From Octopus bimaculoides (Eukaryota), in assembly GCF_001194135.2 (NCBI RefSeq), contig NC_068981.1, positions 59,445,306 to 59,484,058 of the forward strand: DNA of 38,753 nt, read 5' to 3'. The translations under genes and the position numbers were made by a program. Numbering within the stretch: the first letter of the stretch is position 1; the number at the start of each line of letters is the position of its first letter. Under the pieces are notes generated by a model, which saw only the letters and a list, made by a program, of their open reading frames with translations, was not told the origin of the DNA and ran no database searches. Of this stretch, positions 1 through 11,090 are shown piece by piece.

Positions 1-53
<53 letters not shown>

Positions 54-135
54 CACGCATTCATATATATATAAATATATGTATATATATATACACACAT
101 ATACATATACATACATATACATACGTATATATACA
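1..135. repeat. (AT)n / (ATAC)n microsatellite
   Basis: Directly visible dinucleotide and tetranucleotide runs. Confidence 0.95.
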
Positions 136-451
136 TACATATCGATATTTTGAATACTTAACGTTTTCAACTATGCAATAATAGTTTCTTTAACTTATAT
201 AATCTTCATTTTAGGATACAATAGTATGTTGCAGCTTTTGTATTCTTTCAAGTATTTTTGATTCATGAAGGAAGTGAAAGGTTTCTGTTAGATTCGATAT
301 AGTCTTCTCAAGAAGTAAGAATCAGATGTTCATATTTTACTAAAGGTTCCATTTTGGTTTTATATAAACAGCGAGATTTTGTTATTGATTTATGACAGAA
401 AAGTTCTTACAGAAAGAAATGCAAATGTGATGTTTACATTACTTATTTTAG

Positions 452-535
452 AATTTCTGCAAAGTAAAAGGACTTGAATCAGGAATTGAAACTGATGTAA
501 CACTTGTTGCTCGAATTTATCTAATGCAGTATAGT
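452..535 (+). CDS. Candidate internal exon of an unidentified gene (NFCKVKGLESGIETDVTLVARIYLMQYS), or part of a decayed ORF
   Basis: ttattttag acceptor, 84 nt open in one frame only, GTAAGT donor at 536. The frame also stays open past the donor to about 661, so a decayed ORF is an alternative. No family recognised. Confidence 0.25.
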
Positions 536-1317
536 GTAAGTAACCTTTATATAAAGAATATCAATCTAACTATATTCGGTAGCAATTGCAATGAAAAGTT
601 AAATATTGTGCTTCCAGAAATTATTATCCACTTCAAAAATACTGTTTTTATTGTTTATTAAGAGATAAGACGCTTGTCTGTTAATATTACAAAATTGCCG
701 ATGTGACCCGTTATAGGAATATTCATAATCTTCGATTATAAAACTGCTACATTACTTTATTGTTGGAAATTCTCTGAATTAATGATCAATTTTCTAATAT
801 GACTTTTAATTCTCTTACTGCAGGTGACACAAAAGAAGTTTTATGAAAACAAGATGTAATAGAATTATCAACTTCTAGTAGAGGATCCCCAAAATATAAA
901 ATTTTATTGCAATTTGTGAAATTTAATTCTTCTTTGTATTTTACAGCAATTCCATTTATTATTATTTTATAGTCAACGTGCCTCAAGAGATTTTACTTTG
1001 ATAGACGCTAATATGGATTATTTTCCCATTAAGATCAATGCTTATTGATAATGGGGACAGAGCGTAATCTATTCGATTAGTCTATATTATATTACGGATA
1101 TCAGCTGCATCGGCTTCAGATGAATGAACGTCAAACTAGTCCTCGAAGGGATTTAAATAAAGATTAGACATTCAGTACTGTATCCTATTGTTTCTTTCAA
1201 GGAGCGCTTCAAGCAACTGTTAAAACTAAATTCTTTCTTTGCTTTTAGTCCAATTTTCCAATGATAATTGATATAATCTTATAAATTGATTGCAATACGT
1301 ATTTTATTGATCTATAG

Positions 1318-1380
1318 AAGATCAAGGATATATTTTACCGGAGATTTTGAACAAAAAAAAAAAACCCATAAAAGGTGAAA
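1318..1380 (+). CDS. Candidate phase-1/phase-1 exon ((E)DQGYILPEILNKKKKPIKGE)
   Basis: ctatag acceptor, 63 nt open frame, GTAAGT donor at 1381. No homology recognised. Confidence 0.2.
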
Positions 1381-2311
1381 GTAAGTATCATTATGCATTT
1401 AATTTCGTAATCTAAAAATCAATAATATAAGGCCTGCAAAGACACGCACTCACATATATATTTACATATATATGGCATCATATATATGCCTATGTGTGCT
1501 ATGAACATGACACAATCGTTAGTAAATACGACTGATTAGAAATAATGCATTGCTTAGAGAAGTAATTAAATGCCCTATCGAACTCGAAGTTTCCAGTAAT
1601 AAATGAAAATTTCAGTAATATAAATATTGCCAAGGTAGATAGTTTCTCTCAGGATCATGGGCTTATAAATTCCTAAGATGAGAATCTACTATTTTACTGT
1701 CCATTGTGATTTTAGACAATCCTAGATTGTTTGAGGAGCTTATTGATAATTACCATATTCCGAAGGTCTAGCATGTTGTCATACAGGTTTAGAAAGATAG
1801 TTTCAACAAGAATGCAATTCGAAAGATGAAGGGATTGTTACAATACAATAATGTCGATATATGTAACAGAATTTGGAGTAAGCTGAAAGCAGTTAAAAAT
1901 AGGCAGTGCAGGTAGAATAAAAAGAGAATTAGGAGACATAAAGAACCATATATGTGGAGGAAGTGATAAAGGGTTGTAGCAATGAGCAAGTAGTTTATAA
2001 ATTGAATGAAAAGTTATTTTTTCAATATGGAGGAAACAGGCGTTGTTGAAATCCTATTTGAAAGCATTCTATTAGTTGTTTAATGCACTCTGCAGCATAC
2101 ATGTAAAAGGAAGGAAATAATGAATAGACATACATACATTCACACATATATAGTGAAACAAAAGAACACTGGCTTTAACTTTTTACTCCTTTATTTAATC
2201 TGTTACATATGATTCAGTATTGAGTAACACATGAAGTCACACCGTAAATATAATCAGATGTGCGCCTCATAAAGGCCGTCACGAGCTGAGCAAATCCAGT
2301 CATATGTATAA

Positions 2312-2314
<3 letters not shown>

Positions 2315-2344
<30 letters not shown>

Positions 2345-2513
2345 TGTATGTATGTATGTATGTATGTGTTCGTGTGTGTGTATTTATGTATGGATGTAAG
2401 TATGTGTGCGCGTGTGTGTACGTATTTATGTATGTGTGTATGTATTTATGTATGTATGTGTGTATGTATGTATGTATGTATGTATGTATGTATGTATGTA
2501 TGTATGTATGTGT
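2315..2513. repeat. (ATGT)n microsatellite
   Basis: Visible tandem repeat; explains the MYVC-repeat ORFs. Confidence 0.95.
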
Positions 2514-2903
2514 GGAGGCGCAATGGCTCAGTGGTTAGGGCAGCGGACTCGTGGTTATAAGATCGCGGTTTCGATTCCCAGACCGGGCGTTGTGAGTGTT
2601 TATTGAGCGAAAACACCTAAAGCACCACAAGGCTCCGGCAGGGGATGGTGGCGAACCCTGCTGTACTCTTCCACCACAATTTTCTCTCACTCTTACTTCC
2701 TGTTTCTGTTGTGCCTGTAATTCATAGGGCCAGCCTTGTCACACTGTGTCACGCTGAATATCCCCGAGAACTACGTTAAGGGTACATGTGTGTGTGGAAT
2801 GCTCAGCCACTTGCACGTTAATTTCACGAGCAGGCTGTTCAGTTGATCGGATCAACTGGAACCCTCGACGTCGTAAGCGACGGAGTGCCAACAACAACAA
2901 CAA
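2514..2903 (+). mobile_element. Full-length tRNA-derived SINE
   Basis: A-box TGGCTCAGTGG, B-box GGTTTCGATTCC, about 390-bp body, (CAA)n tail. Confidence 0.85.
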
Positions 2904-2959
2904 TGTATGTATGTATGTGGAGATTTGTATTTTTTATGCATGTATTCTCATGCATATAG

Positions 2960-3350
2960 TTGCATATCTAGACATGCTCATATATATTTTTACAGTTCCG
3001 GTGATGGATTGGATCTGTAGTCTTCGAATTAGCCTTCTCCTTTCTAGTTTTGAGAAGCTTAATTACCCAAGATTGGTATTTAGGGAGTGTGTTACATATC
3101 CCAGGGCCCCAATAATGACAGGTATAAACCTGAACTTGTAATCTGGATAGAGTAACTGAAAATTTCTCAGTTGTTCAGCATAGGCGTTCTTTTTTTCACT
3201 GATTTTCAATTTTATATTATTTGCCACTATTTCCGCAACTGTGCACAGTTTCTCTTCTCTATCCCAAATCATTATATCAGGTCTGTTGTGCTTACATTTT
3301 ATTGAAGTCTTCACTGGTACATTCCACCAGTATTGTTTTTCATTACGAGT
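2960..3350 (-). mobile_element. Dong/R4-clade LINE 3' fragment (restriction-like endonuclease)
   Basis: ORF 3063-3314 has HNRPDIMIWD...EK...FIPVIIGALG, the RLE C-terminus of R4/Dong non-LTR elements. Confidence 0.85.
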
Positions 3351-3429
3351 GGCTATGACTTCTGCTATATTGTAAAAATGGAAGATGGAAAATACCAGTA
3401 AGCTACCAGGTGTAAACCATTCGTTTTAT

Positions 3430-3482
3430 TATACATACATACATACATACATACATACATACATACATACGTACGTACGTAC
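3430..3482. repeat. (ATAC)n microsatellite
   Basis: Visible tandem repeat. Confidence 0.95.
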
Positions 3483-3604
3483 AAATATACCCTGTTGGTG
3501 TTGAAATTCCAATGAAGGTGCCTTGGATATAGATTAGAAACCGACTCTTTATTGGTAAGAAATCTTGAAATAAAACTGAACAATGACATAGATACATGAA
3601 AAAT

Positions 3605-3677
3605 AATTACGGACAATTGCTTCGAAACATCCAGCAGTTTCAACCGGATTACAAATGTGCATTTATACCAATAACAA
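3605..3677 (+). mobile_element. Dong/R4 LINE 3' fragment, left part (split by the Chapaev insertion)
   Basis: Translates GQLLRNIQQFQPDYKCAFIPI and continues as IGTLDF at 6191. Confidence 0.75.
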
Positions 3678-3992
3678 CACAGGCCAACAGCCAATTTTCA
3701 TCAGGGATATTATATGGTGTTTCATATGTAGTTTTGTCCGAAGATTTCAAAAATTTAATCGGTTTCCTTCTATGAGGCACAGTTTTTCTGATGAGATAAG
3801 AGAGGTATATAACTCCCATCAGCAGTATCGCTACACGTAAACGTCTTATACAGGTAAATTCTGACTTCTGTTTTATAACTATTTGTATTCATGTTGTAAT
3901 TTTGTATTTTCATAATCTTTTCTTTTAATAAATGATACCTTCTGTTTAAGGTGCAAAGTCATCATCATCATCATCATCAAATTCTACTCAGA

Positions 3993-5913
3993 ATGTCTAG
4001 GTATTGCAAGAACAGTCCTGATATATTTTGTCATGTCTGTGATTCATTTACCACCAAAGCTCAACAACGTGCCGACACAAGTAAAATCAAGAAGATCTAC
4101 CAGTTATACTTTGGCTGCTCTCACGGAGATCAAGATAAACGTTGGGCCCCGCACATCATCTGCTCAGCTTGTTCAGATGGACTAAGAGATTGACTAAATA
4201 AGAGGGAGAGAGCAATACTGTTTGCAATACCTATGATATGAAGAGAGCCACAGTATCATTTCTGCAACGTTAATGTATGTGCGCTTACTGTAAAGACCAA
4301 GGATAAGATTATGTATCCCAAATTGGAATCAGCTGGCAGAAACGTTAGCACGCCGGGCGAAATGCTTAACGGTATTTCGTTTGCCGCTACGTTTTGAGTT
4401 CAAATTCCGCTTAGGTCGACTTTGCCTTTCATCCTTTCGTGGTCGATTAAATAAGTACCAGCTACGCACTGGGGTTGATATAATCGACTTAATTCGTTTA
4501 TCTGTCCTTGTTTGTCCCCTTTGTGTGTAGCCCCTTGTGGGTAGTAAAGAGATAAGAAGACCAGTACCACACAACGATGATGATCTTCCTATTCTAGTAC
4601 CACCAGAAAATGGCCCTCAGATGTCTAACGAAGATGTATTTCCTGAAGAAAATACTACTGCTGTGGAAGACACCTATGTGGATACAGATTTCACGACTGA
4701 AAATGAAGACGTACCACAGAAATTTTCTCAAGGAGAGTTAAATGATTTAGTTAGAGATCTGTCATTGTCGAAAGATAAAGCTGAACTATTAGCATCTCGC
4801 CCACAATAAAAAGTGTCTGCTTAAGAAAGACGTTTGTATTACTCATTTCAGGAAGAGAAATAGGGATCTGACTTCATGCTTCTCTGTTGATGGATCACTT
4901 TGTTTCAATAATAACACTGATGAGTTATTTCGCTGTTCCAAGAGAATGTTCCAGCTGAATGGCGCATATTCATTGATTCATCTAAGAGAAGCCTCAAGGC
5001 AGTACTACTACACAACGGCAATAAGAAACCATCCATTCCCATAGGACATTCAGTGCACATGAAGGAGTGTTATGAAAATGTGCAAGTACTTTTCAATGCC
5101 ATAAAGTATACAAACTACAGCTGGAAAATATGTGGAGACTTGAAGGTGATTGAAATGTTGATGGGAATGCAATCTGGGTTCACGAAATATTGTTGATTTT
5201 TATGGACAATTGCACATAGTGCAACTAACAAACACTGTGCAATCAGAGTGGCCTTTGTGAAAATCATATGAGCCGGGAGTTTCTAGCGTCCAGAGTAAGC
5301 CACTTTTAAACCCAGAAAATATTCTTCTCGCCACTCTTCACATAAAGTTTGACCACATGAAACACTTCGTGAAGACACTTGCCAGCTAAAGCTCAAAATG
5401 TTTTGAATATGTGAAGTCCAAATTTCCAAAAATCACGAAGCCAAAAGTGAAAGAGGGCGTATTCATAGGTCCGCAGATAAAAGAACTCCTGAAGGACAAC
5501 CACTGGATGAGATTGAGCTTAAAACCTGGGAATCCTTCAAATGGCTCTGTGAAAATTTCCTAGTCAACAAGAGATCTCTAAAGTTTAGAAATGGAGTGAA
5601 ATGTCTCTAGACTCCTACGCTGCAATGGGCTGTCGAATGTCACTAAAAGTCCATTTCCTTGATTCACATCCGGACGTTTTTGCAGAGAACCTTGGAGCAG
5701 TGTCTGATGAGCAGGGGGGGGCGCTTTCATCAAGATGTTGCATCGATGNNNNNNNNNNGGGGGGGGGGCGCTTTCATCAAGATGTTGCATCGATGGAACA
5801 ACGATATCAAGAATTTTGGAATGCAAGAATGTTAGCTGACTACTGTTGGATTGTTATACAGGGATGAACCTGAGACAAAACACCACAGAAAGTCCAAATC
5901 CCAAAGATTTTAA
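3993..5913 (+). pseudogene. Chapaev3-type transposase pseudogene (stops, frameshifts, SINE insertion)
   Basis: Motifs CKNSPDIFCHVC, GDQDKRWAPH, FSQGELNDLVRDL, FIDSSKRSLKAVLLHNGN, ICGDLKV, GCRMSLKVHFL, NLGAVSDEQG-RFHQD, MLADYCW. Probable 5'UTR intron at 3854-3950 (GTAAAT...TTTAAG). Confidence 0.85.
4335..4554 (-). mobile_element. SINE fragment inserted in the transposase
   Basis: Same family as 33055-33240 and 35077-35495 (gtcgattatatc...ctggtacttattt...gatgaaaggcaaagtcgac...ttctgccagc). Removing it restores LESA-RRPVPH. Confidence 0.8.
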
Positions 5914-6190
5914 GTTGTTACGCATTTTAGTGTATTCTAACTTATTTGTACACAATAATTTTAATTTTGTACAATAAAAAGCCATGAAATTATCATATCT
6001 TGTATTCAATATACTTTATATAGACATGCTTTATGTATCCTGTAAGTTAAAACAGCAAGTATCATTAACATGAAAATGTGACCTGATAGAGGAAATCGGA
6101 CTGCAGATTCGTAATCAGCATCAAAAATTAACCCAGAAAAGTCAATCAGCAACTCTGATGATTAAAAAAGTTTCATTTTGTTGACAAGTG

Positions 6191-6350
6191 TAATTGGAAC
6201 ACTTGATTTTGAAAGTAAATGCCTAGCTGTCAGTCTGGAGAAGCTTGGATTTTCAGAAAATGAAATCAACCAGACGATTCACACGTTACAAATACAATTT
6301 GTAAGCAGAAAGGTAAAACTATGCAAGACTTTTCTTCGGTTTAAAATGTG
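6191..6350 (+). mobile_element. Dong/R4 LINE 3' end, right part
   Basis: IGTLDFESKCLAVSLEKLGFSENE...LCKTFLRFKM*, homologous to the copies at 6600 and 15565. Confidence 0.8.
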
Positions 6351-6599
6351 ACCTTGGATATCAATTTTTTTTTTTTACGTTCCAAACATAGAGTTTGTAT
6401 CTTTGTTAGAAACAACATCTTCAGAGGAATAATTTAAATAATTAAAAACAGAGGAGAGATAAGCATACATACACACATACATACATACAGACAGCCAGAC
6501 ATATATACATACATACATAGACAGACAGGTAGACAGACAAAAAATAAANNNNNNNNNNTACATAGACAGACAGGTAGACAGACAAAAAATAAAAAGAAG

Positions 6600-6890
6600 A
6601 GGATATCAATGGATAATCGCTTCGAAACTTCCAGCTTCTATATCCAGACTATGAATTCATATTCATACTAATAATAATTAGAGCATTAGGTTTTGTTAGT
6701 AAATGCTTAAAGGAGAATCTGGATAAACTGGTATTTTCAGAAAGAGAATTCAACCGGCTAATACGTACATTACAAGTGCAATCTGTGAGTGGAACAGTAA
6801 CAATATGCAAGACTTTTCTCAAGTTCCAAATGTGAATTTGTTTGTGTTATCCAAAGCCTTGTGTCTTTATTAGAAATCGGCTCCTTTCTG
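6600..6890 (+). mobile_element. Dong/R4 LINE 3' end
   Basis: LRNFQLLYPDYEFIFILIIIRALGFVSKCLKENLDKL...ICKTFLKFQM* plus 3'UTR (gaaatcggctcc). Confidence 0.85.
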
Positions 6891-7292
6891 AGTGAAAGGT
6901 TTATAATAATTAAAAAATAGAAGACACACACACACACATTTCATACGTATACACACACACATATAATGTACATAGGGTTAAAATCCATGTCGTGTCTTCT
7001 TGAAGCACGTTTGCTTGTGCCAGTATTCGAATTCCTTAAGGTATGTAGTTGTTATATTGATGTGAGGTAGGCATTAGATTTGAACATTCTTGAAATATTG
7101 TCTGTAGAGTAATTATATACCAAAAGAGGACGTTGGAAATTATTTTTGGTATTACTTATTCACCATTACACATTCCTAATAGGAATTACAAATTTGTACA
7201 TGCAAGATAAACACGTAAAAAATTTCCTATTAGAAGTTCTTCGGACAGAGAATCAAACAATTTGCTCGGATGAAGTATTTATATACAATTAG

Positions 7293-7331
<39 letters not shown>

Positions 7332-8435
7332 ACTTGGGGATGGTCATATTGCCAGTTTAGCCAATAAAAACACACGCACTGTATATTTGGNNNNNNNNNN
7401 NNNNNNNNNNNNNNNNNNNNNNNNNNNNNNNNNNNNNNNNNNNNNNNNNNNNNNNNNNNNNNNNNNNNNNNNNNNNNNNNNNNNNNNNNNNNNNNNNNNN
7501 NNNNNNNNNNNNNNNNNNNNNNNNNNNNNNNNNNNNNNNNNNNNNNNNNNNNNNNNNNNNNNNNNNNNNNNNNNNNNNNNNNNNNNNNNNNNNNNNNNNN
7601 NNNNNNNNNNNNNNNNNNNNNNNNNNNNNNNNNNNNNNNNNNNNNNNNNNNNNNNNNNNNNNNNNNNNNNNNNNNNNNNNNNNNNNNNNNNNNNNNNNNN
7701 NNNNNNNNNNNNNNNNNNNNNNNNNNNNNNNNNNNNNNNNNNNNNNNNNNNNNNNNNNNNNNNNNNNNNNNNNNNNNNNNNNNNNNNNNNNNNNNNNNNN
7801 NNNNNNNNNNNNNNNNNNNNNNNNNNNNNNNNNNNNNNNNNNNNNNNNNNNNNNNNNNNNNNNNNNNNNNNNNNNNNNNNNNNNNNNNNNNNNNNNNNNN
7901 NNNNNNNNNNNNNNNNNNNNNNNNNNNNNNNNNNNNNNNNNNNNNNNNNNNNNNNNNNNNNNNNNNNNNNNCCACACTCTCACATACATATACTTACTTG
8001 TATACATATTTATATACAAATATACATATACACATATACATTCATATATATATATTGAAATACACATACACACAAACTCACATATACATGGATATAACGA
8101 CACACAGTTATACACACATTTACACACACACACCTATACTCTTATCGTTTACCTACATTTACTTGCGTAAAAGAAAAGTTGACACACCCAGTTACTAAGA
8201 ACTGAAATATTGCACTTTGTACCTTGTAACTTTAGACTTTGAATTGTCAATGCACAAGGATTAAATCCAGTAATACCAAAAACAACAAAAATACTGTCAC
8301 ACCCTGTGCATATCTAACAAAAAAAAGGAAACATCTACACAGTTATTTATAAAGTTCTACATTTATGAATAAATTATAAATAATCACTTAAACCTAAATT
8401 TAATCAATAAAAGTTCTCTAAAACACATCTCAATA

Positions 8436-8502
8436 ACAACTCACCCTAAAATGCTAATTACTGCACAACTCACCCTAAAATGCTAATTACTGCACAACTC
8501 AC
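8436..8502. repeat. 29-bp tandem repeat, about 2.3 copies
   Basis: acaactcaccctaaaatgctaattactgc twice, then acaactcac. Confidence 0.9.
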
Positions 8503-9026
8503 ACGATCTAGGAAGATTTTAACTCAACGAAGGCTATATAAAGGCAAGGTAGAGTATTGGAAATTGGAACCATTTAGTTATAATGTATTGAAGAATACTC
8601 TACACTTGTATTGAATCCTGTAATTTATCGCTTCTGGTGAATCAACATATATATTTATAGTAGTCAGCATCACTCGTTTCTGATCATTAGCTGAGAAATC
8701 GAGCTGAGTTTTTTTTTTTGAAATATGTACTGTTTAAAAAATCTTTTGAAATATAAAATGAAAGTATGAAGGAAACGCTTATCCCTATGTTCTTTTGCTT
8801 AAGGTCTCACGCAGTGGGATTGAACCCGGAAGCTTGTGATTGGTAAGCAAGCTACTTTATGCCATGAAAATTCGCCATTAAAGTATTACAGAGAGGGGAC
8901 ATACAAGGACAGACAAACATATAGGGTGACGTAGCTTTAAAACGTTTTAAAAATTTACAATATTATGATAAGTAAAAATTTCAATAAGCATTATGAAAGT
9001 TAACAAATTTAATGTTATATTATAGA

Positions 9027-11090
9027 AGGCCAAGGCACCCAGCCATCTGGGTAGAACCATTACTTCTTGATCCAGCCACACTTACCTGGTGCCAAACATA
9101 GCCAGCTTGCATGCCACAGGCTTCCATCTTTTCACAAACATATCTCGTGACAGACACCTCTTCTCCAGCCTGATCATACTACCGAGATGGTAACTAAAAA
9201 AGTTAACCAACCACTAGCCGGAGACAAGGGTACCTGTCACTATACCTTTCGTACGCGTCTTCCATACTGTTTCTTTCAGTATGGCTACTACGCAGGAAAA
9301 ACAAGCCTTCCATTCCCTAATGACTCCGTTGATAGCTGTACTCTTCCCATTACTGACAACAGTTGTTCAGCAAAAGCAATCAGTCCAGATTACTCCGGGC
9401 ACTCCACGAATGCGTGCAAGACGATTTTCCCTATCCTGCTCACATCGCGGGCATGTCGGTGAGGCGGCACTTCCGTGCCTTGATAGCTTGTTGCGAACAG
9501 GTAACGCCGCACGGAAACACTGCCAGGCCAGGGAACTCTGGTAAATATCCAGATATCCCGGCCCGAAGTTCTCCGGAACAAGCTGACCAACTGATTTTCA
9601 TCGTAGCCCAGGGTCCCCCCCCAAGGCGTCTTCTGGCATAAATTCCACTATAGAAATCCGCGGTGGAACTTCTGTTGCCGGCGTTGCCCGCCCGAGAGAG
9701 TAGCTGGAGTGCCTGACGGCGCTCCAAATGCCATTCCCCCAGTTTAGGTCTCCGCTTGATTCATGCACCGATGTCCGTTAAGGACGTTAACTGGGGAAGG
9801 GAGAACCGAACGTGGAGTGACCACACCTGCTGCTCTCCATCCAGGTTAAGCCAGAGGTGTCTCAACCTTAACACGAATTTTCGCATCTTCAGCCAAGGCA
9901 TCCCAAGCCCACCCTTTAGCGGTTTCTGGCAGCAGACAGAGCGCTTTACAAGTGACTTTCCTCCTTTCCACAAAAAGCGGAAAATGATTCTCTCCAACTT
10001 GTTCATCCACAAATCGGGGCAAGGCACCACGGTCAGACGGTAGGTGATTACTGATGCTATAAACATCTGCACTACCTCTGCCTTCCCTAGCAGGGATAAC
10101 ACCCGTCCAGACCAGGTCTGGGTTAGAGCAGTCAACTTGCTGGTCACCTCACTCCGATTTTTCTCTATCTGCAGGTCTGGACCAATCCAGACTCCGAGCA
10201 GCTTAATAGGACCTTCCGTTCAACGCCCCACGACGTTATTGGACGGCATCGGCTTGCCCCTCCAGGTGCCGAGTTGCAAACCGACCGACTTGTCCTTGTT
10301 AACGTTTGCTTCTTCCACCACCTTGTAGATTTTGATGGCTTTTTCCACCACGGGAAGCTGACCTTCATCTACCACGATGATGGAGATGTCATCCGCATAT
10401 GCCGTAGCTCCTCTTCCACATCATAGACCATGCGGCGCGCCCCCAGTGCCTCCAACTTCCGAAGCAACGGCTCAAGTGCCAACATATACAGAAGCGGGGA
10501 CAGGTCTAAATTCACCAGTGCTCCCCCTGCGCCAGAAAGTTTCCTCACCCTCTCTAAGGAGTAGCGTATAAGGTGGAAATTGTCTTGAATTGACCTGCCC
10601 GGGACAGCGCAAGTTTTCACTTCCCCGACAAGTTTGTCCATGACCCGCGCCAACCATTTTGCCATCACCTTCGCCAGAATCTTTAACTCTGTGTTTAACA
10701 GAATTATGGGCCTAAAGTTACCTATCTCGTTCCTCTTGCTCGGGTCCTTTCTGATCAGCTCCACCATCCCCCGGCTCGCCGACTTGGAATTTTTCCCATT
10801 CTTCTGCCAGTTGGCGTAGACGCTAGCCAGCAGCTGCCCGAACAAGTCTGGTATACTTTTATAGAACTCATAGAGCAGACCATCGAGACACGGCGACTTT
10901 TCCCCGGGGCACTCGCCCAACCCCTCGATTACTTCCTCGGCTGTGATCGCCCCTTCACAGCACTCAGCCTCTCGTGCCGAGAGACGCGGGCCAACAGACA
11001 GTGAGTCACTAAGCGCCTCACGATGATCCAGCGTCCCGCACCTCCGGAACAACTGACATATTCTGTATTTGTCGGTTAACATGGCTATCG
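9027..11090 (-). mobile_element. 5'-truncated L1/Tx1-clade LINE (RT and C-terminal region, pseudogenised)
   Basis: KSPCLDGLLYEFY, NFRPIILLNTELKILAK, LSPLLYMLALEPL, YADD-equivalent region, GKAEVVQMFIAS, FLWKG, GGLGMP. In-frame deletion joins VNLD to LSPLL. Confidence 0.9.

Larger units (their letters stand above)
3678..6190 (+). mobile_element. Complete but decayed Chapaev3-type (CMC superfamily) DNA transposon
   Basis: CAC...GTG termini with an imperfect TIR (cacaggccaaca vs cacttgtcaaca, 9/12) and similar subterminal motifs; 3-bp TSD CAA/TAA; transposase motifs inside. Confidence 0.85.

Noticed and set aside
786-986. 66-aa minus-strand ORF
   Set aside because: No motif; several such ORFs are expected by chance at this AT content.
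2514-2590. tRNA-like sequence (also 14425-14499)
   Set aside because: SINE heads: A and B boxes without a complete cloverleaf, attached to SINE bodies or tails.
2320-2606. MYVC-, HT-, ER- and CV-repeat ORFs here and near 8.0, 22.1, 24.3 and 26.0 kb
   Set aside because: Translations of microsatellites.
3958-3980. His6-like MQSHHHHHH
   Set aside because: An (ATC)n microsatellite upstream of the real ATG at 3993; not a tag or vector.
5712-5795. Duplicated gcgctttcatcaagatgttgcatcgatg with G-runs in the Chapaev transposase
   Set aside because: The copies flank a 10-N gap: overlapping contig ends, probably with a poly-G read error. Assembly artefact.
6513-6592. Direct repeat around a 10-N gap (same pattern at 26951-26960)
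   Set aside because: Contig-end overlap artefact.
7289-8133. Long ORFs spanning N gaps (also 20557-21758 and 26531-26854)
   Set aside because: Created by reading through Ns.
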